A stretch of 64,000 nucleotides of DNA from assembly GCA_963747835.1 (NCBI GenBank), contig CAVVGO010000003.1, forward strand, positions 138,818 to 202,817, written 5' to 3'. Below are positions 35,134 through 44,394 of the stretch, piece by piece. Origin of the DNA: an uncultured Alphaproteobacteria bacterium. GTDB lineage: Bacteria; Pseudomonadota; Alphaproteobacteria; Rhizobiales; Xanthobacteraceae. A program made the position numbers and the translations under genes. The notes under the pieces are model-generated. The model ran no database searches. It worked only from the letters and a program-made list of their open reading frames with translations, and was not told where the DNA came from. Position 1 is the first letter of the stretch. Every line of letters begins with the position of its first letter.

Positions 35134-35179
35134 ATCATTTGCGATGACATGAGATGGAGCGGTTGCGGTCGCTCCGCCG

Positions 35180-35263
35180 GGATGCGGATGCGGATGCGGA
35201 TGCGGATGCGGATGCGGATGCGGATGCGGATGGGGATGGGGATGGGGATGGGGATGAGGATGA
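35180..35263. repeat. Hexanucleotide tandem array: (GGATGC)x8 (GGATGG)x4 (GGATGA)x2
   Basis: Counted unit by unit from the sequence. 35232-35253 is GGGGATGGGGATGGGGATGGGG. Confidence 0.97.
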
Positions 35264-35531
35264 GGAGAGATACCGTGATAATTCCTTGCTCCGCGCGGAC
35301 TTTCGCTGTTTCGGCGCGCACGATTCGCTGCTATCCGATCGAGCAGCGAATTGCCGGCAACCTTTTGATATTACGCCGCGATACTGCGCCATTGCCGCCC
35401 AAAAGAGGCCTATCGGCACCGCTTTTTTGGAAATTCGGTGTTAAATACGGTGATCGCAGGGAAATCCGGTCTCGCGGCGCGACCACTTGCACGCACCCCG
35501 GGGATCAAGTCACTGCGTCCACGACCCGCGT

Positions 35532-36255
35532 TCAATTGAACAACGCATCGATATCGTCCTGCGATGCGTGGCCGGCGTCGGCATCGAGCCGAGGGCCATT
35601 GAGGAGTTTGGCATCACCTTCACGTTCCGCTATGGCGATCGGAGTGAAGTCCTTCAAGGCTTCGATGCCGCCCCAGATTTCCATCATCTTTAGAATATGC
35701 TGTTCGATGAATTGGAGGGTGGACACCACCTTGGTGATGCGCTGCCCGGTCAGATCCTGGAAATTGCACGACTCGAAAATTTGGACCACCCGCTCAGTGA
35801 TATCGCGGGCGAGGTTTTGCTCCTGCTCGTTCTTGACCATGGCGCACAGGTTGCTGGCGCATTGGTCAATGTCCTCGGCGGCGGTCAGAATCTGCTCGGT
35901 GGCAGACTTGGTACCACCCACGATGGCGTCGAGTTCATCGGTGACACGCCGCATTTCGCGGCCCTTGAAGCCGGTCACGTGCAGCGTCGCGATTTCTTGC
36001 TTGGTGTCGTCGATTGCGGCCTGGATGATGTCGAGTTCGCCCTTGAGCTTCTGAATTTCCCCGATCTGCGCCTGATACGTCTCGATGATCCGCGTCGAGT
36101 TCGTGCTCGCGAGGTTCGATCGCGGCCCGCAGGGCGCGTATTTCCAGGATGAGTTCGTGATGTCGCTGGATGGCATCGGCATCCGGATCGGGCACGAGCG
36201 ACGACGCGACCATGTTTCTCACTTGATCGATCCGAAACGTCCTTCGGTGTACCAT
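35532..36255 (-). CDS. CheZ-like chemotaxis phosphatase (alphaproteobacterial type), with one +1 break at 36087-36091
   Basis: N-terminus MVHRRTFRIDQVRNMV...HHELILEIRALRAAIEPREHELDA (frame of 36255) joins IIETYQAQIGEIQKLKGELDIIQAAIDDTKQEIATLH...ILTAAEDIDQ...NFQDLTGQRITKVV...ASQDDIDALF (frame of ORF 35532-36182). Confidence 0.7.
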
Positions 36256-36359
36256 GGCCGCCGTATCCTCCAGCTGAACTCAAACTTCTAAGCCATGAAA
36301 TTTAAGACCTCGTTATCCGTTTGCAGTGCGAACAAGCTTTTTTTGGTATTAGATTCCCT

Positions 36360-36391
36360 TTAACCATAAATCTATTGTCAGAGTTAACCAT
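36360..36391 (+). promoter_or_regulatory. Two exact TTAACCAT octamers (CtrA half-site type) 24 bp apart in an AT-rich divergent promoter region
   Basis: TTAACCAT at 36360-36367 and 36384-36391. The second also reads TTAA-N7-TAAT. They lie between the cheZ-like gene and an L,D-transpeptidase gene. Confidence 0.3.
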
Positions 36392-36571
36392 GTGTAATTC
36401 GATTTACGGCTCGTAAACCAAGTTACTATGAACGGTTGGTATCCGTATATACTTACTATTCCAACAATTATTATTTACCAATCGGTGGGGATTGCATCAT
36501 TATTGTCGACGCGGGACCGATCGTCACGTCGTCCGCGCCCTCCGGCCGGGCGAAAACTGAGAGTAGACCTC

Positions 36572-37321
36572 ATGTCACGTATCGTTGCGTCGCGTATTCT
36601 CGCATCTCGCCTCGTTTCATCCCGCGCCATCGCGATGGCGCTGCTCATCGGCGCCGCCATCCCGGTCGCGGCGCTCGCCGAACCGCTTGGAATCACGCCT
36701 GCGGCCCCGGTCAATCCCGCACCGCAGTTCCAGTCGATGCCGGTCCGCTATGCGGCCGCGCAGGCCCCCAATCTGGGCGGCGGCTTTTTCGAGTTCCTGG
36801 CCTCCGGCGGCACCGTCGCGCCGCGCCGGACCTACGCACCGATGGAGCCCGACGCGGATGCGAGGCGCGCCATAGGTGACCCGCGCTACGAGCGCCAGAT
36901 GGTTGATTACGAGGGTTCGGAAAAGCCCGGGACCTTGATTATCAACACGCCCGAGCGGCTGCTTTATCTGGTCGAGTCAGGCGGCAAGGCTTTGCGCTAC
37001 GGGATCGGGGTGGGACGCCCAGGCTTCACATGGGCGGGCGTCAAAACGGTTTCGATGAAGCGCGAGTGGCCGGAATGGAGGCCGCCGGATGAAATGCTAA
37101 GGCGCCGCCCCGACCTGCCCCATTATATGCCCGGGGGACCCGAAAATCCGCTCGGCGCGCGCGCGCTATACCTCGGTTCGTCGCTCTACCGGATCCACGG
37201 CTCGAACGAGCCCTGGACCATCGGCACCCAGGTCTCGTCGGGCTGCATCCGCATGCGCAACGAAGACGTGATCGACCTCTACGCACGCGTACCGGTCGGC
37301 GCCAAGGTTGTGGTGATGTGA
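36572..37321 (+). CDS. L,D-transpeptidase (YkuD domain)
   Basis: Signal peptide MSRIVASRILASRLVSSRAIAMALLIGAAIPVAALA, then catalytic ...LGARALYLGSSLYRIHGSNEPWTIGTQVSSGCIRMRNEDVIDLY. Confidence 0.9.
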   Translation: MSRIVASRILASRLVSSRAIAMALLIGAAIPVAALAEPLGITPAAPVNPAPQFQSMPVRYAAAQAPNLGGGFFEFLASGGTVAPRRTYAPMEPDADARRAIGDPRYERQMVDYEGSEKPGTLIINTPERLLYLVESGGKALRYGIGVGRPGFTWAGVKTVSMKREWPEWRPPDEMLRRRPDLPHYMPGGPENPLGARALYLGSSLYRIHGSNEPWTIGTQVSSGCIRMRNEDVIDLYARVPVGAKVVVM

Positions 37322-37329
37322 GTGGACAT

Positions 37330-37359
37330 CGCGGTCGAGCCGAGTTCGGCTCGACCGCG
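37330..37359. terminator. Strong hairpin (14-bp stem, 2-nt loop) between convergent genes; no T-tract
   Basis: cgcggtcgagccga-gt-tcggctcgaccgcg. Confidence 0.45.
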
Positions 37360-37394
37360 GGGCCCCTGTTACGTGAGTAGCGCTCTACGCGCTG

Positions 37395-38246
37395 TCAGAA
37401 ATCGCCGCCGCCGTCGAAGTCGCCGGCGATGTCGCCATCGTCGTCGGGTTGGTCATCGTCCGCGGGCTGATTGTCGTCGTTTCCGCCGAAAAGGCCGCTG
37501 CGGCCGGAGTCGTCGGAGGTCGCGCGTTGCCGGCCGATGTCGTCATTGCCGGCGTCGCGAGCCAGACTGCCGCCTCCGCGGTCGCCGCCGCTATCCCACG
37601 GCGACCCGCTGGAACTGCCGCCGCTGAGATTGCTGCGCTCAGAATCGCCCATAAGCGACTGATGGCCTCCAAATGCGGAGCGGATGCCGTTCAGCAACAG
37701 GGAGCCGCCGACAACGCCTGCGACCGCCGCCGCCGCGGTCCCGAGGAATGACCCGCCGCCGGAACCCGGCCCCATCATTCCGCCGCCCATCATGCCACCG
37801 CCCATCGGGCCTCCCATCGCGCCTCCCATCGCGCCTCCTGGCGGATAGCCAGGCTGCGGATAGGATTGCGGATATCCGGCGGGCGGGCCCGACTCGGGCC
37901 GCCTGCCCCACACGCCGCTTGTGCCTTGTCCGCCTGGCCGAACCGACGGTACCGAGCCCCGGGGCTGCCCCATGATCACGTTGCGCATGTTGTCGAGAAA
38001 ACCGCCGCCACCCTGGGCGGGTTCGGCATTGCCGGCAGCGTGTTCCAATTCCTCGATATGGGCATTGGCGCGCTTGAGCGCCTCGTCCTGAACCAGCACC
38101 GACTGCACCAGCGCGTAGACGGCGTTGGGCGCGCGGCCGAGACCCTCGCGGATCAGGCGTTCCGCGTCCGGATCGCGACGCTGGCCTTCCAGGGACGCAA
38201 GACGGTCGAACAGGTCTGCGACGAGCTGTTGTTCCTGCGGGGTCAT
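37395..38246 (-). CDS. DUF2076-domain protein with a Gly/Met-rich and acidic low-complexity tail
   Basis: MTPQEQQLVADLFDRLASLEGQRRDPDAERLIREGLGRAPNAVYALVQSVLVQDEALKRANAHIEELE, then GGMMGGGMMGPGSGG... and DDDQPDDDGDIAGDFDGGGDF. Confidence 0.8.
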   Translation of the reverse strand: MTPQEQQLVADLFDRLASLEGQRRDPDAERLIREGLGRAPNAVYALVQSVLVQDEALKRANAHIEELEHAAGNAEPAQGGGGFLDNMRNVIMGQPRGSVPSVRPGGQGTSGVWGRRPESGPPAGYPQSYPQPGYPPGGAMGGAMGGPMGGGMMGGGMMGPGSGGGSFLGTAAAAVAGVVGGSLLLNGIRSAFGGHQSLMGDSERSNLSGGSSSGSPWDSGGDRGGGSLARDAGNDDIGRQRATSDDSGRSGLFGGNDDNQPADDDQPDDDGDIAGDFDGGGDF

Positions 38247-38391
38247 GGTACCTCTCCTCTGCCGGATCGTCCGGTCGCGCACCTATATGGGGAGCCGTTG
38301 GGCCGCCGGAAGTGGCCGATCGGCCTGTGGCGGTCCGCCGCATCGACGCCCGTTCCGCTACGCTTTTGCCTTCGGTCGCGGCTGCGCCGCA

Positions 38392-39285
38392 TTACGCCAA
38401 AGCGAAACCATGTGCCGCCAGCAGTTGGGGAAATCGTTCGCCGGCAAAAAAGGAATACTCATGCTCGCGCATGGCGGTAAGCGTGTCGAGCCGTTGTAGC
38501 TCCGCATCGACGAAGCCAGGATGACACATCACGAGGCCGCCGTCAGGCAGGCCTTCCAGGAACGATGCGAACAGGATGTCGTACCCTGAGCGGCGGGCGA
38601 AATTATAGGTGCCGGCGAAGGCAGGATTTGTCGTGATGCCGCGGGCCGCGCTGCGGGCGCGCAGGCGCCGGCTCAGAACATCGAGGAGCAGCCCCTTGGG
38701 ATCGTCCCATCGCCGCGACAGGCGTGTTGCCCGCCCGCATTGCCGCACCCAGGCGGCCGGTGCCGCCTCCGACATTACGCCGAGCAGTGCATCGCCGACC
38801 TGGGGCAGCAGGTGCACGTGCTGATGGCCGTCCACGAAGTCCGGTGGTCGCCCGAACGCGGCACGGAATGCGTCGAACTGGCTCTCGGCTTCCGCCCTGA
38901 GCGAGGTGGGATCGAGCCGAGCCAGCAATCCAGTCGTGAGCTTTTTCGGCAGCGACGGAAAAACGCCGTTGCCGCTGACCGGGCGATAAGCCGGCGTTAA
39001 CGGCCGAAACGGCGCCGTCAGGGTGAAATGCAGGCCTATCGCGGCGCCGCCGAGCGCCGCAAGCGCCGCCGCCTCTGCTACCGAAAAGCTCGGCGCCGTC
39101 ACCATCACGGACGTCGCGTTGATGCGCCCGCGCCCGATCAGATCCCGGATCGCGCGATTGACCGCCGGCGAGATGCCGTAGTCGTCAGCGCACAGCCAGA
39201 ACCGGCGCACGGGCCGCTCGGGTCGCCGCTCAGGCTGCCGTCCCGGCGGCGACGGCGACAGCGCGATCGGTGCGGCTTGGCTCAC
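38392..39285 (-). CDS. ChbG/HpnK (YdjC)-family carbohydrate deacetylase
   Basis: FWLCADDYGISPAVNRAIRDLIGRGRINATSVMVTAPSF...FVDGHQHVHLLP...LVMCHPG. The start is uncertain: GTG at 39285, just after the GT2 stop; the ORF track gives 39354. Confidence 0.8.
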   Translation of the reverse strand: MSQAAPIALSPSPPGRQPERRPERPVRRFWLCADDYGISPAVNRAIRDLIGRGRINATSVMVTAPSFSVAEAAALAALGGAAIGLHFTLTAPFRPLTPAYRPVSGNGVFPSLPKKLTTGLLARLDPTSLRAEAESQFDAFRAAFGRPPDFVDGHQHVHLLPQVGDALLGVMSEAAPAAWVRQCGRATRLSRRWDDPKGLLLDVLSRRLRARSAARGITTNPAFAGTYNFARRSGYDILFASFLEGLPDGGLVMCHPGFVDAELQRLDTLTAMREHEYSFFAGERFPQLLAAHGFALA

Positions 39286-39289
39286 GCAG

Positions 39290-40366
39290 TCATTCGGCGG
39301 CGTTGCGCGCCGCGTCCTCTGCCCCGGCATTCTCGCCGGCCTCGTCCTCGGCACGCTTGAGGCTGTGTTCGGCGACGAAATAGACCGGCCGGCGTTTCAA
39401 CTCGGACAACACCTTGCCGATATATTCGCCCATCACGCCGATCATCAGGAGCTGGACGCCACCGATGACCATGATGCCGATGATCAGTGACGGATAGCCC
39501 GGCACCGTGCGCTCGTAAACGAAACTCTCGATCAGGATCCAGACGCTGAACACGAGCGCGCCCGTGGCGAGCAGGATGCCAAGCAGGCTGGCGACCCGCA
39601 GGGGCGCGACCGAGAACGACGTCAGCCCCTCGACCGAAAGACCGATCAGGGAGCGCAGGCTCCAGCTGGTGCGGCCATGAGTTCGTTCGGCCGGGTTGTA
39701 ATCGACCCGGAACTGCCGGAAGCCGATCCAGCTGGCGAGGCCTTTGAAGAAGCGGTTGCGCTCCGGCAACTGCCGCAGGGCCGCCGCGGCGCGCGGCGAC
39801 AGCAGGCGGAAATCACCCGCATCCTCCGGAATTTTTTGCCGCGCACCCCAATTGATCAGCGAATAGAAACTCTTCACGGCGACCCGCAGCAGCATCGGCT
39901 CGTTTTCGCGATGCGCCTTGGCGGTGTAGACGACGTCGTAACCGTCGTCGAGCCAATGCGCCACGAGGGTTTCGATGAGTTGCGGCGGATGCTGGCCGTC
40001 GGCATCCATAAACAGCACGGCGCCGCGGCGGGCATGATCGAGGCCCGCCATCAGGGCCGCCTCTTTGCCGAAATTGCGCGACAGCGATACCACCTGAACG
40101 TCGACCGTATCGGCCGGCAGCGACCGGGCTACGTCGAGGGAAGCATCGCGGCTGCCGTCGTCCACATAGACGAGCTCGCAAGCGAGCCCGCGCCGATCGC
40201 GCAGACGCGCGGCGACCGCGCAGATACGTTGATGCAGCGCGCCGAGCCCCGCGGCCTCGTTGTAGACCGGGACCACGATCGACAGGCCGGCAACGGCACC
40301 GCCCGCGCCGCCGCGCCGCGCTGCCGGTCCATTGATTTCCCGTTGGTCAGACGTCATCGCCGCCAC
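39290..40366 (-). CDS. Family-2 glycosyltransferase of the polyprenyl-phosphate sugar transferase type (ArnC/GtrB-like, two C-terminal TM segments)
   Basis: LSIVVPVYNEAAGLGALHQRI...LVYVDDGSRDASL...SRNFGKEAALMAGLDHA...FMDADGQHPP, then C-terminal helices LLGILLATGALVFSVWILI and IIGIMVIGGVQLLMIGVMGEY. Confidence 0.9.
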   Translation of the reverse strand: MAAMTSDQREINGPAARRGGAGGAVAGLSIVVPVYNEAAGLGALHQRICAVAARLRDRRGLACELVYVDDGSRDASLDVARSLPADTVDVQVVSLSRNFGKEAALMAGLDHARRGAVLFMDADGQHPPQLIETLVAHWLDDGYDVVYTAKAHRENEPMLLRVAVKSFYSLINWGARQKIPEDAGDFRLLSPRAAAALRQLPERNRFFKGLASWIGFRQFRVDYNPAERTHGRTSWSLRSLIGLSVEGLTSFSVAPLRVASLLGILLATGALVFSVWILIESFVYERTVPGYPSLIIGIMVIGGVQLLMIGVMGEYIGKVLSELKRRPVYFVAEHSLKRAEDEAGENAGAEDAARNAAE

Positions 40367-40481
40367 ATCGAATGTCGATTACCAGTCATCATAGCCCATT
40401 TCGCCGGTCGCTGTCGTGGCGCCGCAGGCGAGTCCGCAAGTCAGGCTCGGCGGGCCGGACCGGACGTGCTAAGCGAGGCCC

Positions 40482-41021
40482 ATGATTCCGGTCGAACGCT
40501 TCCGAGCCCTCTTCCCCCGCGCCACCGCGTTGGTTGAACCGCACTTCGACATGTTGCGCAAGGCAGTCAGCTTCGCGTGCATCGGTGTGGTCAACGCTCT
40601 GATCGACACCGGCGTGTTCCTGCTGGCCTATTCGTATCTGACCGGCGCGCCGGAGGCGCTGCGGCGGCTCGACGCATTTGGAGCATGGTGCGGTTGCGCG
40701 AGCCTCGAAACGCTGGTGCTGGTGACGTCCAACATCATGTCCTGGCTGGTGGCGGTGTCATGTTCGTATGTGATGAATTCGTTTATCACCTTCGCGGCCG
40801 AATCCGGGCGGCGGTTGCGATGGAAGGATTACGGAACCTTTGTGGTATCCGGAATTCTCGGCGCCGTCGCCAACACCACCACGCTGGTGGTGGCGGCACA
40901 TTTCATGCCGGTGCTGGCCGCAAAAGGCTGCGCCATCCTGGCGGGCTTCGTGGTTAACTTCAGCATGACGCATTTCGTGGTGTTCCGGCCGCGGCGCAAG
41001 ACGGCCGAGGACGCGAGATAA
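40482..41021 (+). CDS. GtrA-family membrane protein
   Basis: LRKAVSFACIGVVNALIDTGVFLLAYSYL... with four predicted TM segments. Divergent from the GT2 gene. Confidence 0.8.
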   Translation: MIPVERFRALFPRATALVEPHFDMLRKAVSFACIGVVNALIDTGVFLLAYSYLTGAPEALRRLDAFGAWCGCASLETLVLVTSNIMSWLVAVSCSYVMNSFITFAAESGRRLRWKDYGTFVVSGILGAVANTTTLVVAAHFMPVLAAKGCAILAGFVVNFSMTHFVVFRPRRKTAEDAR

Positions 41022-41146
41022 CCCTCAGACATTCCGCCAGCGCGGCTGAGGGTTCTGAGCGGTGCCGGCTCGTCGCGATGTCAAGCAACCGATTCGGTAT
41101 TCGGGGCGAACCGCCGCGATCCCGGCGTCGTGAGCATCTCGCCGGC

Positions 41147-42019
41147 CTACGACCCGACCGGTTCGCACCGAAACCCGTCGCCCCAGCGCTTTATCCGGCC
41201 CCACGACGGAGAGGGGAAATGCGCCGGGCAACACAGGGCGCCGGTGTCGCAATAGCGCTCCAGGAACTGGCGCCGGGTCACGGCGGCTTGGGCCTGATCG
41301 ACGTCGAATATGATCGACAGCTCCGGATAGCGCGCCTGCAGGGGCGAATGCATGAGGTCCCCGCTGACGACGCCGTCGGCGCCGTTACGCCCGAAGCAGA
41401 CCGCCACATGGCCGGGGGTGTGTCCGGGCGTCGGCAGGAGATGCACAAGGTCATCGATCTGGTGGTCGCCGTTCACCATGTCGGCGCGGTTGGCCTCGAC
41501 GATCGGCAGTACGCTGTCGTTGAACGGTGGAACCGGTGCCTTGGCGTTGACGGCGGTCCAGTGGGCAAATTCCGCCGCCGCGAAGATATAGCGGGCGTTC
41601 GGAAAGGTCGGGACCCAGCGGCCGTTTTCGAGGCGGGTGTTCCAGCCAACGTGGTCGGTGTGCAGATGGGTGCACATGACGAAATCGATGTCCTCGACTC
41701 GCACCCCGGCGGCCGCGAGCCCGGTCATGTAGACGTCGTCATTCTTCATGTCCCATCGGGGCCGGTTGGGTCGCGGCTTGTGATTGCCGATGCAGCTGTC
41801 GACCAGGATGATGTGATGAGGCGTACGCAGGACATAAGACTGAAAGCACAGGATCAAGACGCCGCTGGGATCGAGCGCGGTCGGCTCCATCCAGTGGCGG
41901 TTTTCGGCCAGCAGTTCCGGCGTCAGCGCCGGAATAATATCCAGCGCGGACAGGAACGGGACCTCCTGCTCGATGATGCGCTGCACCGTAATGTCGCCGA
42001 TGCGGATGTCTTTAGTCAT
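41147..42019 (-). CDS. MBL-fold metallo-hydrolase (lactonase-like)
   Basis: ILVDSCIGNHKPRPN...FVMCTHLHTDHVGWN...LLPTPGHTPGH. Confidence 0.85.
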   Translation of the reverse strand: MTKDIRIGDITVQRIIEQEVPFLSALDIIPALTPELLAENRHWMEPTALDPSGVLILCFQSYVLRTPHHIILVDSCIGNHKPRPNRPRWDMKNDDVYMTGLAAAGVRVEDIDFVMCTHLHTDHVGWNTRLENGRWVPTFPNARYIFAAAEFAHWTAVNAKAPVPPFNDSVLPIVEANRADMVNGDHQIDDLVHLLPTPGHTPGHVAVCFGRNGADGVVSGDLMHSPLQARYPELSIIFDVDQAQAAVTRRQFLERYCDTGALCCPAHFPSPSWGRIKRWGDGFRCEPVGS

Positions 42020-42039
42020 GACAAATTCGCCGGTGTTGG

Positions 42040-43011
42040 TCAGGACAGCGCCGCCGCGAGCTTCGCAAACAGCGGGTTGTCGCGGGTGAACACGTAATCG
42101 ATCGCGGCCACGATGACGCTATCGGCGCCGTGGTCGCGCAGGAAGCTCGCGAGGGCGTGGATCGCGTCGGGCGGACAGTGCAGTGTCAGCATGCCGGAAG
42201 AGGTCGGCCCGCCGAACGGCGTGGTGACGCCGAATTTGTCCCTGGCGATCGCGAGCAGATCGTCGTTGCAGCCGGCGAACCGCGTCCGAACCTCCTTGAA
42301 GAGCCGCGCGCGGTTCTGCGCCGCGATGCGATCGAGGATCAAGCGCGCAGTCGCGAGTTCATCCTTGCCCCACGGCGCCGCGCGTGCCGCCACCAAGTTC
42401 GCTTGCGACCGCAGCATGACGCCGTCGTCGATCACCTTGAGGCCGTTCGCCGCAAGCGTCGAGCCGGTGGTGGTGATATCGACGATCAGCTCGGCGGCGC
42501 CAGCCGCAGGCGCGCCTTCGGTCGCCCCGGTGCTTTCGACGATGCGGTAGTCGACAATGCCGTGGCCGGCGAAAAAGCCGCGGGTGAGGTTGATGTACTT
42601 GGTCGCGACGCGCAGGCGCCGGTCGTGCTTGAGGCGGAACGCGGTCGCCACATCGTCGAGGTCCGCCATGGTGCGCACGTCGATCCAAGCTTCCGGCACC
42701 GCCACCACGACGTTCGCGAAGCCGAAGCCGAGCCCGTCGAGCAGCACGACCTTGTCGTCGGCAACGGGGATCATTTCCCGCACCAGGTCCTCGCCGGTAA
42801 TGCCGAAATGCACGGCACCGGCCGCGAGTGCGTCGGCAATCTCGGCGGCCGAGACGAATGCCACCTCGATGCCATCGAGGCGCGCGATGGTGCCGCGATA
42901 ATCGCGCGCACCGCGCGGCTTGACGAGGTTCAAACCGGCGCGTGCGAAGAACGCCTCCGCGTTCTCCTGTAGCCGACCCTTGGCCGGCACCGCGAGGACA
43001 AGGGCGCTCAT
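42040..43011 (-). CDS. hisG: ATP phosphoribosyltransferase, catalytic subunit
   Basis: [40 protein letters not shown]...[11 protein letters not shown]...[13 protein letters not shown]. The ATG overlaps the hisZ stop (ATGA at 43008-43011). Confidence 0.9.
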   Translation of the reverse strand: MSALVLAVPAKGRLQENAEAFFARAGLNLVKPRGARDYRGTIARLDGIEVAFVSAAEIADALAAGAVHFGITGEDLVREMIPVADDKVVLLDGLGFGFANVVVAVPEAWIDVRTMADLDDVATAFRLKHDRRLRVATKYINLTRGFFAGHGIVDYRIVESTGATEGAPAAGAAELIVDITTTGSTLAANGLKVIDDGVMLRSQANLVAARAAPWGKDELATARLILDRIAAQNRARLFKEVRTRFAGCNDDLLAIARDKFGVTTPFGGPTSSGMLTLHCPPDAIHALASFLRDHGADSVIVAAIDYVFTRDNPLFAKLAAALS

Positions 43012-44159
43012 GACGTCACCCCGGTCAGGCCGAGCGCCGCCAGCCGTTCGATCCACACCGCAAGTCCCACGGCGGGGACCGGCTGCGCGCTGCCGAGCCG
43101 GGTCAACAGCGCGTCATAGCGGCCGCCGGCCACCAATTGTCCGTCGACGCGGCGGCGCGGATCGTGGAGTTCGAACACGAAGCCCGTATAGTAATCGACG
43201 CCGCGGCCGAACGCAGTCGCGAACCGGATGCGGCCGACATCGACTCCGCGGGCAGCAAGAAACCCGGTACGGCTTTCGAGCAGGTCGAGGGTCGGGCCGA
43301 GCGCGATCTGCGCATCTGACGCCAGGGCGCGCAGCGCCGCCGCGGCATCGTCGGGCGTGCCCACGATGGCGAGGAAGCGCCCGATCAGAACGCGCGCCTG
43401 TTTCGGCAACGCGTTCGAGGCGCCAAGTTCGGCCTGCTCGACAAAGCGGTCGGCGATCTCCCCGATGGTGCGGCCACCGACCGCGCTGATGCCGGCGATC
43501 GACAGGAGGTCGGTGACCAGCGCATGGGCAGCCTTCGGATTGGCATTGGCGAGGGCGGCGAGCACCCCCTCGTATTCGCCGCGCCCGGCGCGGGCCGCGA
43601 GGGTCGCGCCTTCGAGGTCATGGGCAAGGGTTGCCCGGCGATTGAAATCCTTGCGCAGCCGGCGCTTCCAGGCCGGGGCGAGATCGAGTGCCTCGATCAG
43701 GGCGGCGAACAGCGCCACGTCGCCGACGACGATGTCGGGCTCCGACAGACCGTAATGGGCAGTTGCCTCAAGGCCGAGCGCGAGCGCTTCGGCGTCGGCG
43801 GCGGCGGTGTCGGCACGGCCGAAGGACTCGATGCCGGCTTGCAGAAATTCGCCCGACGCTCCGCCGCGATCGCGGAATACAGGGCCCAGATAGCAAAAGC
43901 CTGCCGGTCGCGTGGCGGCGGCGGACGCCAGGTAGTCGCGCGCCACCGGGATGGTGAGGTCCGGGCGCAGGCAGAATTCGTGCCCGGCCGCGTCGGTGAC
44001 GAGATACATGTGGCGCCGCATGTCCTCGCCCGACAAATCGAGGAATGGCTCAGCCGGCTGCAGGATCGCGGGCGACACCCGCGTGTACCCGGCGCCCGCA
44101 TAAGACGCGACCAGGTGGTCGGCCTGAGAGTAGATGTCGGCGGCGGGCGTGCTTGTCAT
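43008..44159 (-). CDS. hisZ: ATP phosphoribosyltransferase regulatory subunit (HisS paralogue)
   Basis: [62 protein letters not shown]...[13 protein letters not shown]. Directly upstream of hisG. Confidence 0.85.
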   Translation of the reverse strand: MTSTPAADIYSQADHLVASYAGAGYTRVSPAILQPAEPFLDLSGEDMRRHMYLVTDAAGHEFCLRPDLTIPVARDYLASAAATRPAGFCYLGPVFRDRGGASGEFLQAGIESFGRADTAAADAEALALGLEATAHYGLSEPDIVVGDVALFAALIEALDLAPAWKRRLRKDFNRRATLAHDLEGATLAARAGRGEYEGVLAALANANPKAAHALVTDLLSIAGISAVGGRTIGEIADRFVEQAELGASNALPKQARVLIGRFLAIVGTPDDAAAALRALASDAQIALGPTLDLLESRTGFLAARGVDVGRIRFATAFGRGVDYYTGFVFELHDPRRRVDGQLVAGGRYDALLTRLGSAQPVPAVGLAVWIERLAALGLTGVTS

Positions 44160-44394
44160 GGTCTGTTCCGGCGGCGCTCTTAGCACGGCTTTGTTAAGCT
44201 TTCGATGGCGGCTCGCGGATGCGCTTAACGGGTGGCGAGGCGGTTCGCTGGAGCAGCGGCGACCGGCCGGCCGGCGCAATTGTGAGTTCCGTGGCTCAAT
44301 TGGCGACTCCGGCCAAGCTCAGGCCTAACCCTTCTTTAACTGTGAAATTCGAATAGCATGCTTTTATCCAGACGCCGGCCGACGGAATGAGCGC

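Noticed and set aside
35180-35263. The tandem array considered as a CRISPR or as iterons of a replicon
   Set aside because: The units are contiguous 6-mers without spacers, there are no cas or rep genes nearby, and the flanks are chromosomal housekeeping genes.
35149-36054. 301-aa ORF starting MRWSGCGRSAG(MR)n(GM)n that runs through the hexamer array
   Set aside because: Beyond the repeat it is antisense to the well-supported cheZ-like gene and has no coding features. Only the short (DA)n frame or a non-coding RNA remains as a possibility; see the hexamer-array finding.
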